Assembly: GCA_015680685.1 (NCBI GenBank)
Contig: MNCI01001083.1
Span: 239,989 to 303,988, forward strand
Reading direction: 5' to 3'
DNA length: 64,000 bases
From: Gnetum montanum
Lineage: Eukaryota; Plantae; Gnetophyta
Both the position numbers and the translations under genes were made by a program. Below are positions 1 through 13,750 of this stretch, one piece after another. The notes under the pieces are model-generated. The model ran no database searches. It had not been told where the DNA came from and worked only from the letters and a program-made list of their open reading frames with translations. Numbering within the stretch: the first letter of the stretch is position 1; each line of letters begins with the position of its first letter.

Positions 1-1299
1 AAGACCATTTGATCATATACCACTAATGGTAGAATTAAAATTACATTCACCAATTCATAAGGTTGATCAAGATCAAGAAGTACCTCACCCTTACTTTTTT
101 TATAATCTTATTATTTTCTTCATTTTTTTATTTATATTTTAATTAAGTAAGTAAAATATCTAATGTAATGAAAGTTGGAAATAAAGGATTTTCCCTACCT
201 TCACTTAGAGAACCAGATATGAGTTGCATTTTATGTGACCCTAGTTAGGACTGGTGATTAGTAATTGATAGATATTTAATTTACCTATTTCCATTATCTT
301 AGAAAATTAAGTAATTATTAAGAAACTAATATTTAATTTTCCATATATTTTTATCACATATAAATTGTTTGTAGAATGAGGAAGAAGCAACTTCAAGTTC
401 AAAGGAGAAATCAAATTATTGGAGCATTGGAGCATAATAGAAGTACTAAAGCTGGAAAAGGATAGTGAAAGTGGACTCATTTGAGGATAAAAAAAATCTA
501 AGAGGGCTAGATTGTAACATTCCCATTCCCAAATGATGTTAGTGCATAACAAAGATGATGCCTTTTCATAACAAGTATTATTGTTATTGTAACAAGACCT
601 GAAATGGCATGCTATAATTGAGACCCAAAAGGGTGCATTGTAATAATGGATGTGTCTCTCAAGGTGACCTTTGGAGGTTGACCTAAGACATTTATACCTG
701 GGCTTAGAGGTCATGCCAGCATTGGGGTGGTAGAACCAATAAAGGCAAATCATGGGATTTGAGTAAAGCAAGACAAGAAGTGGATTGGCCATCCCTTCTA
801 ATCGAATGTAGGCCTGATCATGGTGACAGTGTTGGATTACATCTAAGGGGATAGATGCCAAAGGAAGAAAACCCCAAGGAACACTCTTAGAGCATAATCC
901 ATATACTCTATTCTGCATCAATAAAGCATTTTTTTACTTAATTCTGTATGCATTTTTTCTATTACTTCCTTTATGCATAATGTCAAATGTTACATATATT
1001 TGACATTTGGTATATGTATTCTTACAAAGAATGTCTTTTATAACATATATTTGACATTTTCCATCACATTTGGGAATAAGAAGTCACATAGCCTTGATTA
1101 CATCTAATACTCACATGTTTTTGTATAGTGTTTTTTGCCATGGTTAACAAGTTGGAATAAATGACTAATGTTAATAACTCAAACAATCAACAAAAAGAGA
1201 GCCTACATGACCTCCACCCCTCTCACTCTTTGTTTGGCATGAAAAATGAACTATAAACTTTGTAAAATTTGTGATACATAACACAGATCATTCAATGTT

Positions 1300-3475
1300 A
1301 TACCAATAGTAGCATGTGATGGCCTTAGTTTGCTAGTTATCTAATGCAGCCTTATGCAATGTCTTGTAATAACATGTATTATTTGTCTTATTTTCTTATT
1401 CTCTTGGATTTGTTCTTGCAGGATAAAGCTTGGAAGTCATCAAGAAGGTCTAAATCATCATGGTAACAAGTTACCATGTGACTGTGATGCATGATATTTG
1501 GTTAGCTTTTCCTGCTCTTCCAATAGTGCTTATCTTACATCACTTTCATTACCCCTTCTAAGCCACAATTTGACAACCCAATTATAAAATTTCTTACCCT
1601 AAACACCAATGATGACCCATGTTTGATATTCCTGCATTATGATTATATGAAATCTCCTTTGTCATGCTGCATCATTAAGTTTGTTGCATGTAACACATCT
1701 CATCCAACAAGAAAGCCAAACTAATTTTGGCCTTGCAAATGAAACCCAAAAATAAATAAATAAATAAATAAATGAAGGAAAAAACAAGTAAATTTCTAAG
1801 CCAAAAGGCCAATGAAGCCCAAAATCCATTTCAATGGCTTCAAAGAAATAAAGGGAGAAGACTAATAACTAAAGAAGCCTTGGACTAGAGTGTTGATTTC
1901 TCAAAATATTACTAAGTGACCAGCACTTCAAAGTACAAAGCATGAAGACTACACAAATTAGTAAGCATGTTACTTCCATACCATGACCATGATGTCAACA
2001 TGTGAAAATCATTACTAATCTCTATGACCATTTCCTTGTAATCAAAATATGGGGCTTTACCATACATCATCTTATCATGACCTTATCTTATCATCACAAG
2101 CACTCTTCAACATGATTCAATAGCTATAAAATTAAGCATGGAGAGGAAATGTTGGTGATGGAATTGTAGCGATGTTTTGCATTCTTTGTTGATGCCTCTT
2201 TGGTCAATCCTAAAAACAACAACAAAGAGGGTCCAATGAAACACCACAAAGAAAATTCATGTTGCAACCCATGACCAAAATGATTTGTAATTTGGTGAGA
2301 AATTAATGGTGGATACAATTGCCTTAATTTTCCCATCACTTGGCATTATACCCTTTACTAGTAGAATGTGAGGTAGAATTCCATTGTAAAGTATGAAATT
2401 TTTAGTTCACAGGCTGTAATCTCACATATCTTAGCTTATGGGGGCTAAAAAATGCTTCATAAGTTATGAATTCCTGACATTCCAAGTAGAAAAAGTTGTA
2501 TTATGCATGTACCTAGGCTTGGGAAGGCTAGACATGCCTTGGGAATCAAAAAAATTTTGTTTTTCTAAGTTTTTATGATGTCCATAGAAATTTATACACT
2601 AGAACCACTTGTAGCCAACATATAGATTTTTGGGCTTTGACTTTCATATTGGAGATACCTACAATTAGCATATAAATAATACACTTGAATTGTTATGCTA
2701 GGAAAACCTATAGTTGACATATAAATTTTGGCAATGAAGAAATATGCTAGCATTAGTATAAAATACATTGGTTAATGTATCTTATGCTAGAGCCAACAAT
2801 AAAACCATGAAACTTGCCAAATTTGATAAATATGCTAGGGATAGAAGACTCACAAACACCTTCAATTTGCAGCAATCTATCAACAATCTTTGCAAGGAGT
2901 TGTAGTGACAAATTAGATACCATATGGCCCATTGAAATCAAAGTTAGCCACATCAAAAGGAATTTTGACAAATTTGCATTCATGCTAAACCATAGACTTT
3001 TAGAATAGTGTAGGTTCACCAAACATCTATCACCATAGTGCAAATCTAGTGTAGAGAGATCAACAAAGAGCTTTGGAAACAAAACTTGAAATTTCCAAAG
3101 AGTAAAGATAGCTATAGGACACACTCTTCCAACTTCGGTCAGGCTTCAAGAATCTTCCATTTAGCTCTTTGTTCATTCTAAGCACATAAACTTGTACTCT
3201 TCCAAACATTGTTTCTGCAAACAATTTATTATTCTAATAAAAATTTGTTATTCATTTGTGTAGTTTAAGTTTATTTTCTATTTTTCTAAATCTATATCTG
3301 CATTTATAATTAAATTTACTTGCATATTCTTTTATGTATTATAAGTACCCAGGTGACTAACAAGACCATCTAGGGTGCTTCAAATCCCTTTCTTGAGGCC
3401 TGTGGAATATGAAGTCAAACTATTTTGCTTGAAATCTTTAGTTTTCCAACATCAAATTTTTCTAGTGTTACAACC
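1300..3475 (+). mobile_element. 3' end (3' UTR, PPT and 3' LTR) of element A, a relative of the Ogre-like B/C family
   Basis: 2190-2250 (GATGCCTCT..GGTCAATCCT..AACAAAGAGGGTCCAA|TGAAACACCA) matches the PPT/LTR junction of C at 57431-57490. 1880-2200 aligns with the reverse complement of B 9700-9990. Confidence 0.75.
2237..3475 (+). repeat. 3' LTR of element A
   Basis: Starts TGAAACACCA like the C LTRs. 2380-2500 and 3340-3450 resemble B/C LTR segments. It ends GTTACAACC versus an inferred family end GTCGCAACA; the exact end is 3472 or 3475. Confidence 0.7.
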
Positions 3476-4735
3476 AAGAACTTAAGAAAACCTTTTCCAT
3501 GACTAACTCAGAGATTCCTAGCTATTTCCAATCTTGGATTCAATAATCTTAGCTCTTTTCAAATTGCAACAACCATCAAAAAGTTGTTTTTCCAATTGAA
3601 CAGGAGATTTTTAGGCTTGAAAGGATATCCCTCTGTAAATCACATCATTCAAGTAATATGTCTACTTTTCCCATAAGGCATTTGTAGGAAAACATCTATA
3701 TTTCTAGAAATAAGTTTTCTCTATTGACCTAGCTCTCAAGCTAGATGTCTATAGCATTGGAGAGACATCTCCTCTAACATCTTAGCTTTTAGGAAAAACA
3801 TCTTCTAGGTCATCAAGATGTCTGCTATGACATCTTAGCTCTTAAGAAAGATATCTACAAAGATTTAAGACACCATACAAGCCTTGCAAATCCTTCATCA
3901 ATATTCCTATAAGCATGAAAATGCTTTTAAAGGAGCTATTCCTATAACACATCTTTAGTACATCCTTCTCTCTAATATGTACTGGATGATATCTTGACTT
4001 GAGCTCAATCTTTGAGAACACATGAGCTTCTTGAAGCTAATCAAACAAGTTTGTTAGTGCATGAAAGTGGATATCTATTCATTATCATCAACTAGTTTAG
4101 ATGTGTGTGATCAATGCATAATTGCAAACTTCCATCCTTCTTTCACATGAGCAATATTAAAGCACCCTAAGAATAAATGCTAGGTTGAATCAAACCTCTA
4201 TTTATAAACTTCTATAAATAAATGTTTATCTCTACTAATTCTACTAGAGACATCCTATGAGAGGCCTTTGAATTAGAATCTATCTCTAGTTATAGTTCAA
4301 TATCAAACTTCACCTCTCAGTTAGATGAAAATATAGGTAACTCTATACAAAACTCATGTGGAAACTCATATACTAGTGGAATCTAATTAAACCCAAATAT
4401 TTGGAAATTATAAACAGAATTCATGTAATAGTTATGTCCCTTCTAAAGCATCCAAAAAGAATACTCTAGAAGTAACCAAATCTAATCATACTATTCTAGA
4501 GTGGATCTAGATTTCTATTTTTCATCTAGTTTAATGCAAATCACAATTTTCCAATAATAGCATAAGAATCTTGCATCCACCACTACTTGTAATCTATCTC
4601 AGTGACTCTCTAGTATAATGTCTTGACTAATCACATGCATAATATTTTTGACAATCACTCTAAACATGCTTTAGTTGATCATATTAGAAACATAGAAGGG
4701 AACCACTCTATCCTATAGAAAAAGAAGCATCATTG

Positions 4736-5635
4736 TATTGGATTTTTAAATTACAAAATAATATTTTTTATTTTTATTATACTATAGAAGTTTATTTTAA
4801 TAAAATATAATAAAATTCTTGATTGATGTGTAGTTGTAATGTTATTTTGGTTGTAATCCACACACACACACAGACATATATAAGGTTTTTTTCCATTGGT
4901 GCTATATTGTATTATTTTTAGTAAACTTTGCCCCAATTTTTACATATATATATCCAAGGCATATATTGGAAATTTTTATCATGGAATCATCAAAATAATT
5001 TTAGTAAATATTTAACTATTTCAGTGTTAATTCATCAATTCATTGATATCATTCATCATTATGTAATTAATCTTGGAAGTTGAAGAGTCAAAATTGGGGA
5101 CATTCACGATTTTGATCCTATCTTAGTCATTTTGAAATAATTTTCAATGATGATAGATTTATTAGAAATATAGAATAGGTATATAAATGTAGCTAAAGTA
5201 CCATTTTAATACTTATTTCAATTTCAAAGAAATTAGCTTTATAATTTGGTAGATTTTCTAAATCCTAAAGTTTTACCAAAATAAATTATAAAAATGATTA
5301 GATCATTTCTCACTCATCACATAATGATTTTATTTGATATTAGATTTATTTGAATGCTAATATCTATGGGAAGATTAAGTTAAAATTGTAGAATAAAAAA
5401 AGTAACAACTTTGGAGTTATCACCCCTTAAATTTATACCACCATAATTACTATGATTTTTTTATAGATTTGAGGGAACATAACATAATCTTAGCTTATGG
5501 ATATCTTTTGTAGTACTTTATTTTTTTAAATCATAGATAACTTCCTAATATTTCTAAAAATTACAAATTTTATTATCTAATTCTTTGTAAAGTCAAGATA
5601 ATCAAGAAATTCTTTTTCTACCTAAAATTCATTCA
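4736..5635 (+). repeat. Copia 5' LTR
   Basis: Aligns with 61164-62210 from TATTGG/TGTTGA to ...TTCA. Confidence 0.9.
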
Positions 5636-5637
5636 CT

Positions 5638-5649
5638 TAATATCAAAGC
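5638..5649 (+). promoter_or_regulatory. Degenerate tRNA-iMet primer binding site of the copia
   Basis: TAATATCAAAGC is TGGTATCAGAGC with three G>A changes, 2 nt after the LTR end. Confidence 0.75.
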
Positions 5650-5719
5650 ACTAGGTTTACCTACAAAAATAAGTATAAAAGACATAGCTAGATGCTTCAT
5701 CATCTTCAATGGCTTTTAA

Positions 5720-6510
5720 TATTTTATCTTAAGGATAAGAATGATGAAAGACCTCCTTGAACATAGTGACTATTGAAAATAGCTAAAATAGATTTCAAAT
5801 TCCTTAATAATTTTGAAGATTTAACTAATTGACAAATCAAAGAATATGAAACAAAGAAAAAGAATTATAATATGGCTCTCATGATGCAATTAGTTAGTAT
5901 CTCACAAGTTATTTCTAGTAGATACAGTCTTCATACTATTACCAAAAAATTATGGGATAATCTTCAATTAGAATACAAGGAAATCTTGGAAAATGCACAA
6001 TTGAAGCAACTAATCTACAAACAAAATTCCAATACCTTCAAAATTAGAAGAAATGAAACTGCTAAATACTTCATCATTAGAATATATGACAACTTATGAA
6101 AAATAGATGAATATTATTGTAGATATACCAATAGGCAAAAGATTTAGAAAGTTATTTAAGCTATTTACATAGATCTAAGGTTTGAAAACATGATGAAAAA
6201 CATTACTCATTCAAAGAACTTCAACATGCTTAGTCTTAATGAATTAGTTTTTCAAGTCAAAACCCTAGAAATTATGAAGAATAACAAACAATCTAGTGAA
6301 GATGATCAAGCCTACATAACTAACGATAGAGGAAAAGGTAGGTAAGGAAGATTCAAAGAGAAACAAAAGATTCAATTATTAGAATAGAGATCAAGAAAGA
6401 AACTCAAAAGAAAATGGTATTTAAAATACAAGAGAAAGAGGTATAGGTAAATGAAATCAATCTCGAGACTCATTACAATATTGTAACTTTTGTAAAAGAA
6501 AAGATTATAT
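5720..6510 (+). pseudogene. gag: Copia gag remnant with the start of the zinc knuckle
   Basis: ORF 5872-6099 reads LWDNLQLEY...FKIRRNETAKYFIIRI (copia gag-like). CNFCKRKD at ~6482. Confidence 0.7.
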
Positions 6511-6529
6511 TATCAATCTAGAAAATAAT

Positions 6530-7260
6530 GTAATCTTCCACACATGGATCTTTTTGGGCCAATGCCCACTGTTTCAATAGAAGGGGCAAATTATTTCATG
6601 GTCATAGTAGACAACTACTCAAAATACACTTGGACTTATAATTTGAAGTAAAAGAATGATGTCCTCAAATACTTTAAAATTTTTCACAAATTGATTCAAA
6701 AATTTATAAACATTAAGATTAGGAAAATTAGATCAAACAAAGGAGGTGAAATCATTAACAAAGTATTTAACAAGTTTTGCAAAGAAAATGGTGTCTTTCA
6801 TTAGTCCACATGTGAATATAGACTATGATAAAATGGAGTAGCAAAGAGAGAGAATAGCACAATACGATGCATGGTAAGATGCTTACTAAATCATGTATCT
6901 CTAACTAACCAATATTAAAGTATGGTCATCACAACTACTTGTTATATTTCTAATCAATTTGTTATCAAAAGCAATAAAGAAAGATCTCTGCATGAAATTC
7001 TATAAAACATAATTCCTAACTTGAGTCATTTCAAAATATTTAACTGTCATTAGTATGTAAAATCTATAATAAAATTCATTGAAAAACTTGAAGATACGGG
7101 AAAGAAATGGATTTTTCCTAATTATGATTCTCACACTAGTGGATGTAGTTGCTATGACATAATGAATTAAAAATGGCATGTTTGAAGAGATGTTATATTT
7201 GATGAGATAAATTTTGGTATAAGTGATTTTTTCAAATAGCAAGAGAAATTAGACACATCA
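6530..7260 (+). pseudogene. Copia integrase core remnant
   Basis: HMDLFGPMPTVSIEGANYFMVIVDNYSKYTW...IRKIRSNKGGE...NGVAKREN, with internal stops. Confidence 0.9.
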
Positions 7261-7369
7261 AAGTTCAAAACGTTAGATTTAAAGAAACCATTCCCTTGAT
7301 CAAATTCTAGAAACAAATTTTAAAAGAAAACTAAGAGCTCACAATATTACAAATATGGCATATTCATTA

Positions 7370-8194
7370 GTCTCAAGTAATCTAACCAATGTCAATGAAG
7401 CCATGAAATTAAAAGTCTAGAAAGAAGCCATGAACAAACAAGATAATATCATCCTAAGAAATAACACATAGGAATTAGTGGAAAAAACAAAAAATAAAAA
7501 GGTTATTGATTGCAAGTAAAAATATGAAATAAAGTATAATGAGAAAGGAGAAGCTATAATATGCAAAGTAAGATTTGTGATAAGAGGATTCAAACAATAG
7601 AAATACATTGACTAGGAATAAATCTTTATACTAGAGGTCAAATTTGAAATCATCAAGCTCATTATTTTCATAGTAATATATAGAGATATAAATGTTTAAC
7701 CAATGAATATCAACTAAAAATTTCTAAATGTATACATCAAAGAAGAAGTATACATCTACCAACCCAAAGGTTATGTTATCAAAGGAAAAGAGAACAAAGT
7801 GTGCAAACTTAAAAAATCTCTATATGGTCTAAAGCAAGCACCCAGGCCCTAGTTCCAAAGAATTAATGATTATATTACCAAAAAAATTATCAAAATTACA
7901 TGTTTGAATAAACAGTATATGTATATGACATTATCTTTATTACCACCAATGAAAGACTAGAAAAATATTTCAAGAATGATATGAAAAATGAATTCAAAAT
8001 GAAGGACCTTGGAGAACTCAAATACTTCCTAGAAAATGAACTACGAGCAAGAGGAAATGAATATTCATTAAATAAGATATGCAAATGCTATCATTGAAAA
8101 ATTTAATCTAAAGAATGAAAAGTCAATTTGTGGTCCTATACCATATAGTTTAAAGATAACTAACAAAGATAAGACTCCTCTCATAAATGCAACT
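7370..8194 (+). pseudogene. Copia reverse transcriptase remnant, 5' part
   Basis: [42 protein letters not shown] (decayed YVDD), EFKMKDLGELKYFL; ends INAT at the B insertion. Confidence 0.9.
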
Positions 8195-9667
8195 TGCTAT
8201 GATTGAAATAATAAATTGCTAGAAAATTGAAAGATTTGATGTAGTAGCCTCAACATTGAATCTATAGGGCCTCCAAAAGATGGGCTTCAATGTGCCCTAG
8301 ATAGTCCAATAGATTAGCCATGAACTTATGAAATGAAAAATGGTGGATTGGAAAAAAAATGCAAAAATTATAAATCTGGAAAATTGGAAACTAAATGTAG
8401 ATTGAACAAAAAATAAAAATTTAAAAGTTCATTTAAAATTATAAAGAATGAGTTGTAGAAATGTGTACAAGAAATGCCCATAAGAGAGTAAAGGGAGGTT
8501 CACCAGGACAGGAGTTTAGAGCTCATTGAAGCCAATAAAATTTTCCCCATGAATCAGGTGCTAAGCCACTCTTGATGCTTTCAAACCTCCTCTACTATAA
8601 ACTATAGATCTACAACTTGATCACTACTGGGGGTGAGAATTATGAAAAATTTGTCTACCAAATTGCCCCACGTTGGGGGTTGGGGATCCTAGAAATGCAC
8701 TGTTGAAGCCAAACACCCACAAGTCTTAGGGGGTAACAAAGGGGGTAATAGGTCTATATGGGCTCCACACTAAGAAGTTATAAAGAGCTACATTTTGCAA
8801 GTGTTATAAGAGCTCTTGGAAGGCAAAAGTGCTACGTGCTAGAAATTGCCAAAGTGTGGAACCTAAAAATGATGTTGGAGTTTTGATTTTATAGGTTTTG
8901 GACCATGATTTTTGCTGCAAATTGGTTGATAGATTGGTTGTAAATTGCTACAAATTTCTACCATGTACAAGTGAGATGGATTCCTAAATCTAGGGGGTTA
9001 CTATGTATAGTAAGTGGTAAACCCTCATTTTCATTATATTTACTATAAATAGTAATAGAAGCACACCTTCTATACTAGAGGCAGATCTTCTATGCGAAGC
9101 CTTCAATCTTCCATGCTAAAGTGGTTGGTTAACCTTAAAGCCACTAGAGTATTGAAATTATATTCATGTTGGTTCCACACTAGGAGCATGTAGTTTCTAT
9201 GCTAAGGGAGGAGACTTCATGCTAGGAGGAAACCTCCATGCTAAGGGAAGGGAAGGTTTTCATGTTATGCATGCAATCTCGATGCTAGGGAGTGAAGTTT
9301 CCATGTTGAGGAGGAAGACCCCATTTCTCCACATTATGGCTAGGTGAGATTTAATCCCTTGCTGGTGTTCTCCCCCCCACAAATAAAACACATCAAATTA
9401 CCATTTTTGGCATTCCAAAAGGAATTTTTGATATCTCTCTCTCTCTCTCCATGCCTAAATATTTATACTAGATGTTATTTTTTACTTGGGGAATGAGACG
9501 TTGACCATTTATGAAGCATTTTTCATCCCCAAAAGTATAAAATATGTGAGATTTCCCACTTTGGGTTACAATCTTCACATTTACAACAAAGTTTTACCTT
9601 AGGTTTCATGGGGTGAAGGCTACAAGATGAAAATTGGTCATAACATGCATATTTTTGTGGTGGTTTA
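8195..9667 (-). repeat. Element B 3' LTR (PPT remnant ~9670-9682; TATA-like TATAAAA at 8887-8893)
   Basis: Aligns with 28239-28301 plus 59035-60442, and in reverse complement with the C LTRs. Confidence 0.88.
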
Positions 9668-10746
9668 ATAACTTCTCTTTCTTGGTATCTAGAGGATTGA
9701 CTTGAGAGGCATAAACAATGAATACAAAACACCATTGTACGTCCACCATCAACATTCTCTCTATGTGCTCAATCTTGTCATGTCAAATCATGTCGAAGAG
9801 TGCTTTGTAATGATGGAACAAGGCTAGGATTATATGTTAATAATGGTCATTAGGGAGATGGTCATGAAGGCTAACAATGTATCTCCAACATTGACATCAT
9901 GGCTATAGTGTGGTGTTAACATGTTTTGAAGTGTTGGCCACTCAATAAATGCATTTAAGGACCTGATCACTTCACTCTAAGATTACTCTAGCCATTTGGC
10001 TTTGAGGTTTTATTGGCCATATAGCTTCTTGGTGGTTTTCTTCCTCTTCTTTCTTTTTGTGGGTTGAGACCTTCATGGGGACTCATTACCTGGGATTGTT
10101 TAACATGTTTTTCCCATTAAGCAAGTTTCATTACATCCAATGAACCTAGGGGTACTAGATGTGTTATGCTTGATGGATGTAATGATTTTTCCATTGAATG
10201 AGTTGTGTTACATTTAAGTGAACTTGAGGATGGTGCATGATGTAGAGGTATCATATGGCTATGGTTCATGAGTGATGAACATAAGTCAACATTATTCTCC
10301 AAGGTATGAAAGGTCATAATAAGGCTATAGGGCAAGGCCCAAGGAGTGGTGCTAGATGGATGGTAATGGTACAAAAAATCTTACCAATGTAGGACAAAAT
10401 CACCAAATCTTGCACATTGAGTTCATGTGGTGTCTTGCTACCATAATGAGTTGCACCCTTTGTAATGGCTCAAGGCTTCATCCTACAAACACAAATTCAA
10501 GGGGATAAGAGACTAAGAAAATAGAGTATCTTATAACATTACAATGCATATAGGCCACATAGAATGATAAAATCAAGCTACCTAGGTTACCAATGTTGCC
10601 ATTTTAAGGCTATGATGGGCCATAGTACCAGTTTTAGGCCTTTGCAGGCCATGTTACCACTAGTTTTAGGTCTTGGTAGGCCATGTTAACAATTTAAGGC
10701 CTCAGTAGGCCATTGTTGAGTAGGGTCGCTCATTGATTATCATTAG

Positions 10747-13700
10747 CTACATGTAATATGACTTTAGAAAGGAATGATTGACTTGATTGGCCAACTCATT
10801 CCCATTCATATTGACAATCTTGAATGCTTCATTCCTATAGGCTTTGATGACAAGGAAGAGCCCTTCCCAATTGGTTGAGAATTTTTCCACATCCTCACAA
10901 ATGGCTTTGAGTAGCAGATCACCTTTCTTGATCTTACGCTTAGTCAAGTTATGGTGATGCTACCATTTCTACCTCTCTTGATAGTGTTCAACATGTGCAA
11001 GTGCTTACATACATTTCTCCTCCACTAAGTCTACATCTACCATCTACAACTCTTTGTTCTATTCATCATTGATGAATTCGATCAAAGCTACTTGGGGTGA
11101 TGGAACGTACAATTCAAGAGGTAAAACGCCTTCAAAACTATAAACTAGGTTATAAGGGGTTACACTAGTTGTCGTATGATAGGTTGTTTTGTAGGTCCAT
11201 AATGCATGGACAAGCCACTCATACCATTTATGCTTGTTATTTTTGAGCATCTTCTTGATCATGCTAATGATGGCCTTGTTGCTTACTTCTACTTGCCCAT
11301 TGGCTTGAGGGTAATAGGACGATGAGAAGGAATGCTTAATGCCTAAGTCATGATATAAATCCTTTGTCTCTTGGATACTAAAATGTGGTACATTTTCTAT
11401 AACTATGATCATAGGTATGCCAAAATAGGCTACAATGTTATCTAGAATAAATCTACAAACTTGTTCGAATGTGGTATTCCTTAGGGGAATAGCCTCAACC
11501 CACTTAGTAAATTATTTGGTTGTGATGATGATGAAGGTATGCCCTGTTGAATACATAGGCATTATAGGTCCCATGATATCCAACTCCCACCATTGAAATA
11601 GCAAAGTGATCTAGGTAGTGTGCAACTCAATCGATGACACATGTATAAAGTTGTTATGCCATTGGCATGTGTCACAATGATTAACCTTTTGTAGGTAATT
11701 ACTTTCCATATGGTATTAGTAATAGCATAATAATCTAATCTTAGCAGCCATAGCTCTAGGTCCTATATGTCCTCCACAAACATCCTTGTGAACCTCCTCT
11801 AGGATTGTTCTAGCTTTGATTTTATCCAAGCACTTCAGCAATAGACCATTGTAGGATTGTCGACATAATGTGTTATCACCTAAAATGATATACTACTTTG
11901 ATCATTTACATACAACATCCTTTTAAGTCGTAGTCAAACATTGTGGGGATTCACCATGCATAAGGTAAAATTTGATATCATCATACCACTCCCTAGCTGG
12001 AGTAGTATGAACTACAACCATAAAGGTATCCTCAGTGTTCTACATGATGGGGATAGCATAGTCCATGGTTAATATGGGTAACTTAATAAATACATCTAAT
12101 GTCTCACTGAGGACCAATGTTGCTATTGCATCAACTATGGCATTCTCATTTTGGAGTATGTGTTGGATATCAACATCTGTGAACTATTGTAATAATTGCT
12201 TCCCTAGATCATAATAAGGTTGTAAATGTTTGGCTTTACATGCATAGAACTTAGTCACTTAGTTGACCACAAGTTGAGAATTCCCTTTGATTGTTAAAAA
12301 ACTAATTCCTAGGTCATAAGCTACCATCATTCCTCTTATCAAACCCTCATACTTAGCTATTGAAGGTACATGAAAACTTAAAATGATAGGTGAAGGATCA
12401 GATTTCACCAAATAGAAATGTTATGATGGTAGCAACAATGGCCCCATGGGTAGTTGAACCTCCTTTAAAGTGCATGACTGCCTTATAACCCTCAAGCATT
12501 TAGCTAATAGTGTTAATGTGCTCATCAGGGAACTCAGGATCTATGGTTGCTTGATCATCAACAAGTGAAACTATGAGTTGTATGGCTATAGCTTGACCTT
12601 TTGTTGAGGATTGAGAAATGTAATGAAGGTCAAACTCCATGGTTTTAGATTTCCATTTAGCTATTTAGTTACTTTTTTACTACAAAGCCAAGCATCATAC
12701 CAATCTTGACACTGAAAACACATTTCTTAGGATTGAGCCTAAGCTCCTACTTGAGGCATCATTTAAGCATAAGATCTAGATTATTAGCCACTTTAGACTT
12801 AATAGATATGTTATCTATGTAATCATTGAGAAAACCTAGCATGTAATCACTGAAGATATAGGTCATGGATTCTTGATAGGTTGCTCCTATGTTCTTAAGA
12901 TCAAAGGATATCATAATATAGCAAAAGGTAACCTAAGGGGTCAGGAAGGTTATGCTAAGTTGATGTTCTAGATTGATCCTCATATTGCTATATTTCAAGA
13001 ACCCATCCATAAAGGACAACAAGGCATGTCCAGCCGTAGTATTGATAAGTTGATCAATACTAGGCAAATGAAAGTCATCCCTAATAGTCGCTATATTTAG
13101 ATCTTGAAAATCAATGCAAATACAAATACTCCTATTTTTCTTAGGGACTATCACTATGTTGGACACCCATTCTGCATAGTCGATAACCCTAATGAAACTA
13201 ATTTGGTAGATCTTTGAGATCTCATCATGAACCACCAAGTCCAAATTAGGTCTAATTTTGCATACTCATTGCTTAATTGGTCTAATGCTAGGGCCTAGTA
13301 TGATGTTATGTTGTACTAGACATAGATCTAGGCCTAGTATGATGCCTAATTTTGCACACTCTTTGCTTAATTAGTTAATGCTAGGGCCTAGTATGATATT
13401 ATGTTGTACAAGGAAAAAGCCTTGATATTGCCTTGTAAGACCTTGGTGATGTCTTGAGCCTATTGAGGTTTTAAAAAGAAACTTAGTTTAAGGGTTTTCT
13501 CCTTACCACTATGTGTTGTAATAGGAACCTCCACTAGAGAGTCTTCAGCTATGTCACCCACCTCTAAATTAAGGTTTTTGACTAGTTTTTTAGGCCATTA
13601 TAGAGGTTTCTCTATTGAGGCTATGTAGCTAACAAGACTCTCAAGCTCAAGGTCTAGGCAATCAGGGTTAATATACCATTCTACATCATCATGGGGTCTA

Positions 13701-13750
13701 TGTAGGTACAAAGGTAAATTGATCTACTCCCAAGTACTCATACTTTGGTC
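10747..13750 (-). pseudogene. pol: Element B pol remnant: RT, native RH mostly deleted, archaeal-type RNase H, integrase
   Basis: ORFs 12933-13244 (AEWVSNIVIVPKKN..ICIDFQDLN..LLSFMDGF), 11059-11412 (SSSYYPQANGQVE..ALWTYKTT) and 10747-10947 (GDLLL..NWEGLF); aRH motif IKGNSQLVVN at ~12270-12295. Confidence 0.92.

Noticed and set aside
307-921. 204-aa minus-strand ORF
   Set aside because: No recognisable motif; likely a chance antisense frame, since the exon-like signals here are on the plus strand.
1570-2061. Possible solo LTR (TGACAACCC...GGGGCTTTAC) or a PPT at ~2045
   Set aside because: No TSD; the flanks align with the B-type 3' UTR, and the true PPT/LTR junction is at 2221-2237.
13250-13410. 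~65-bp local duplication upstream of B's RT
   Set aside because: It is private to B and looks like ordinary post-insertion decay.
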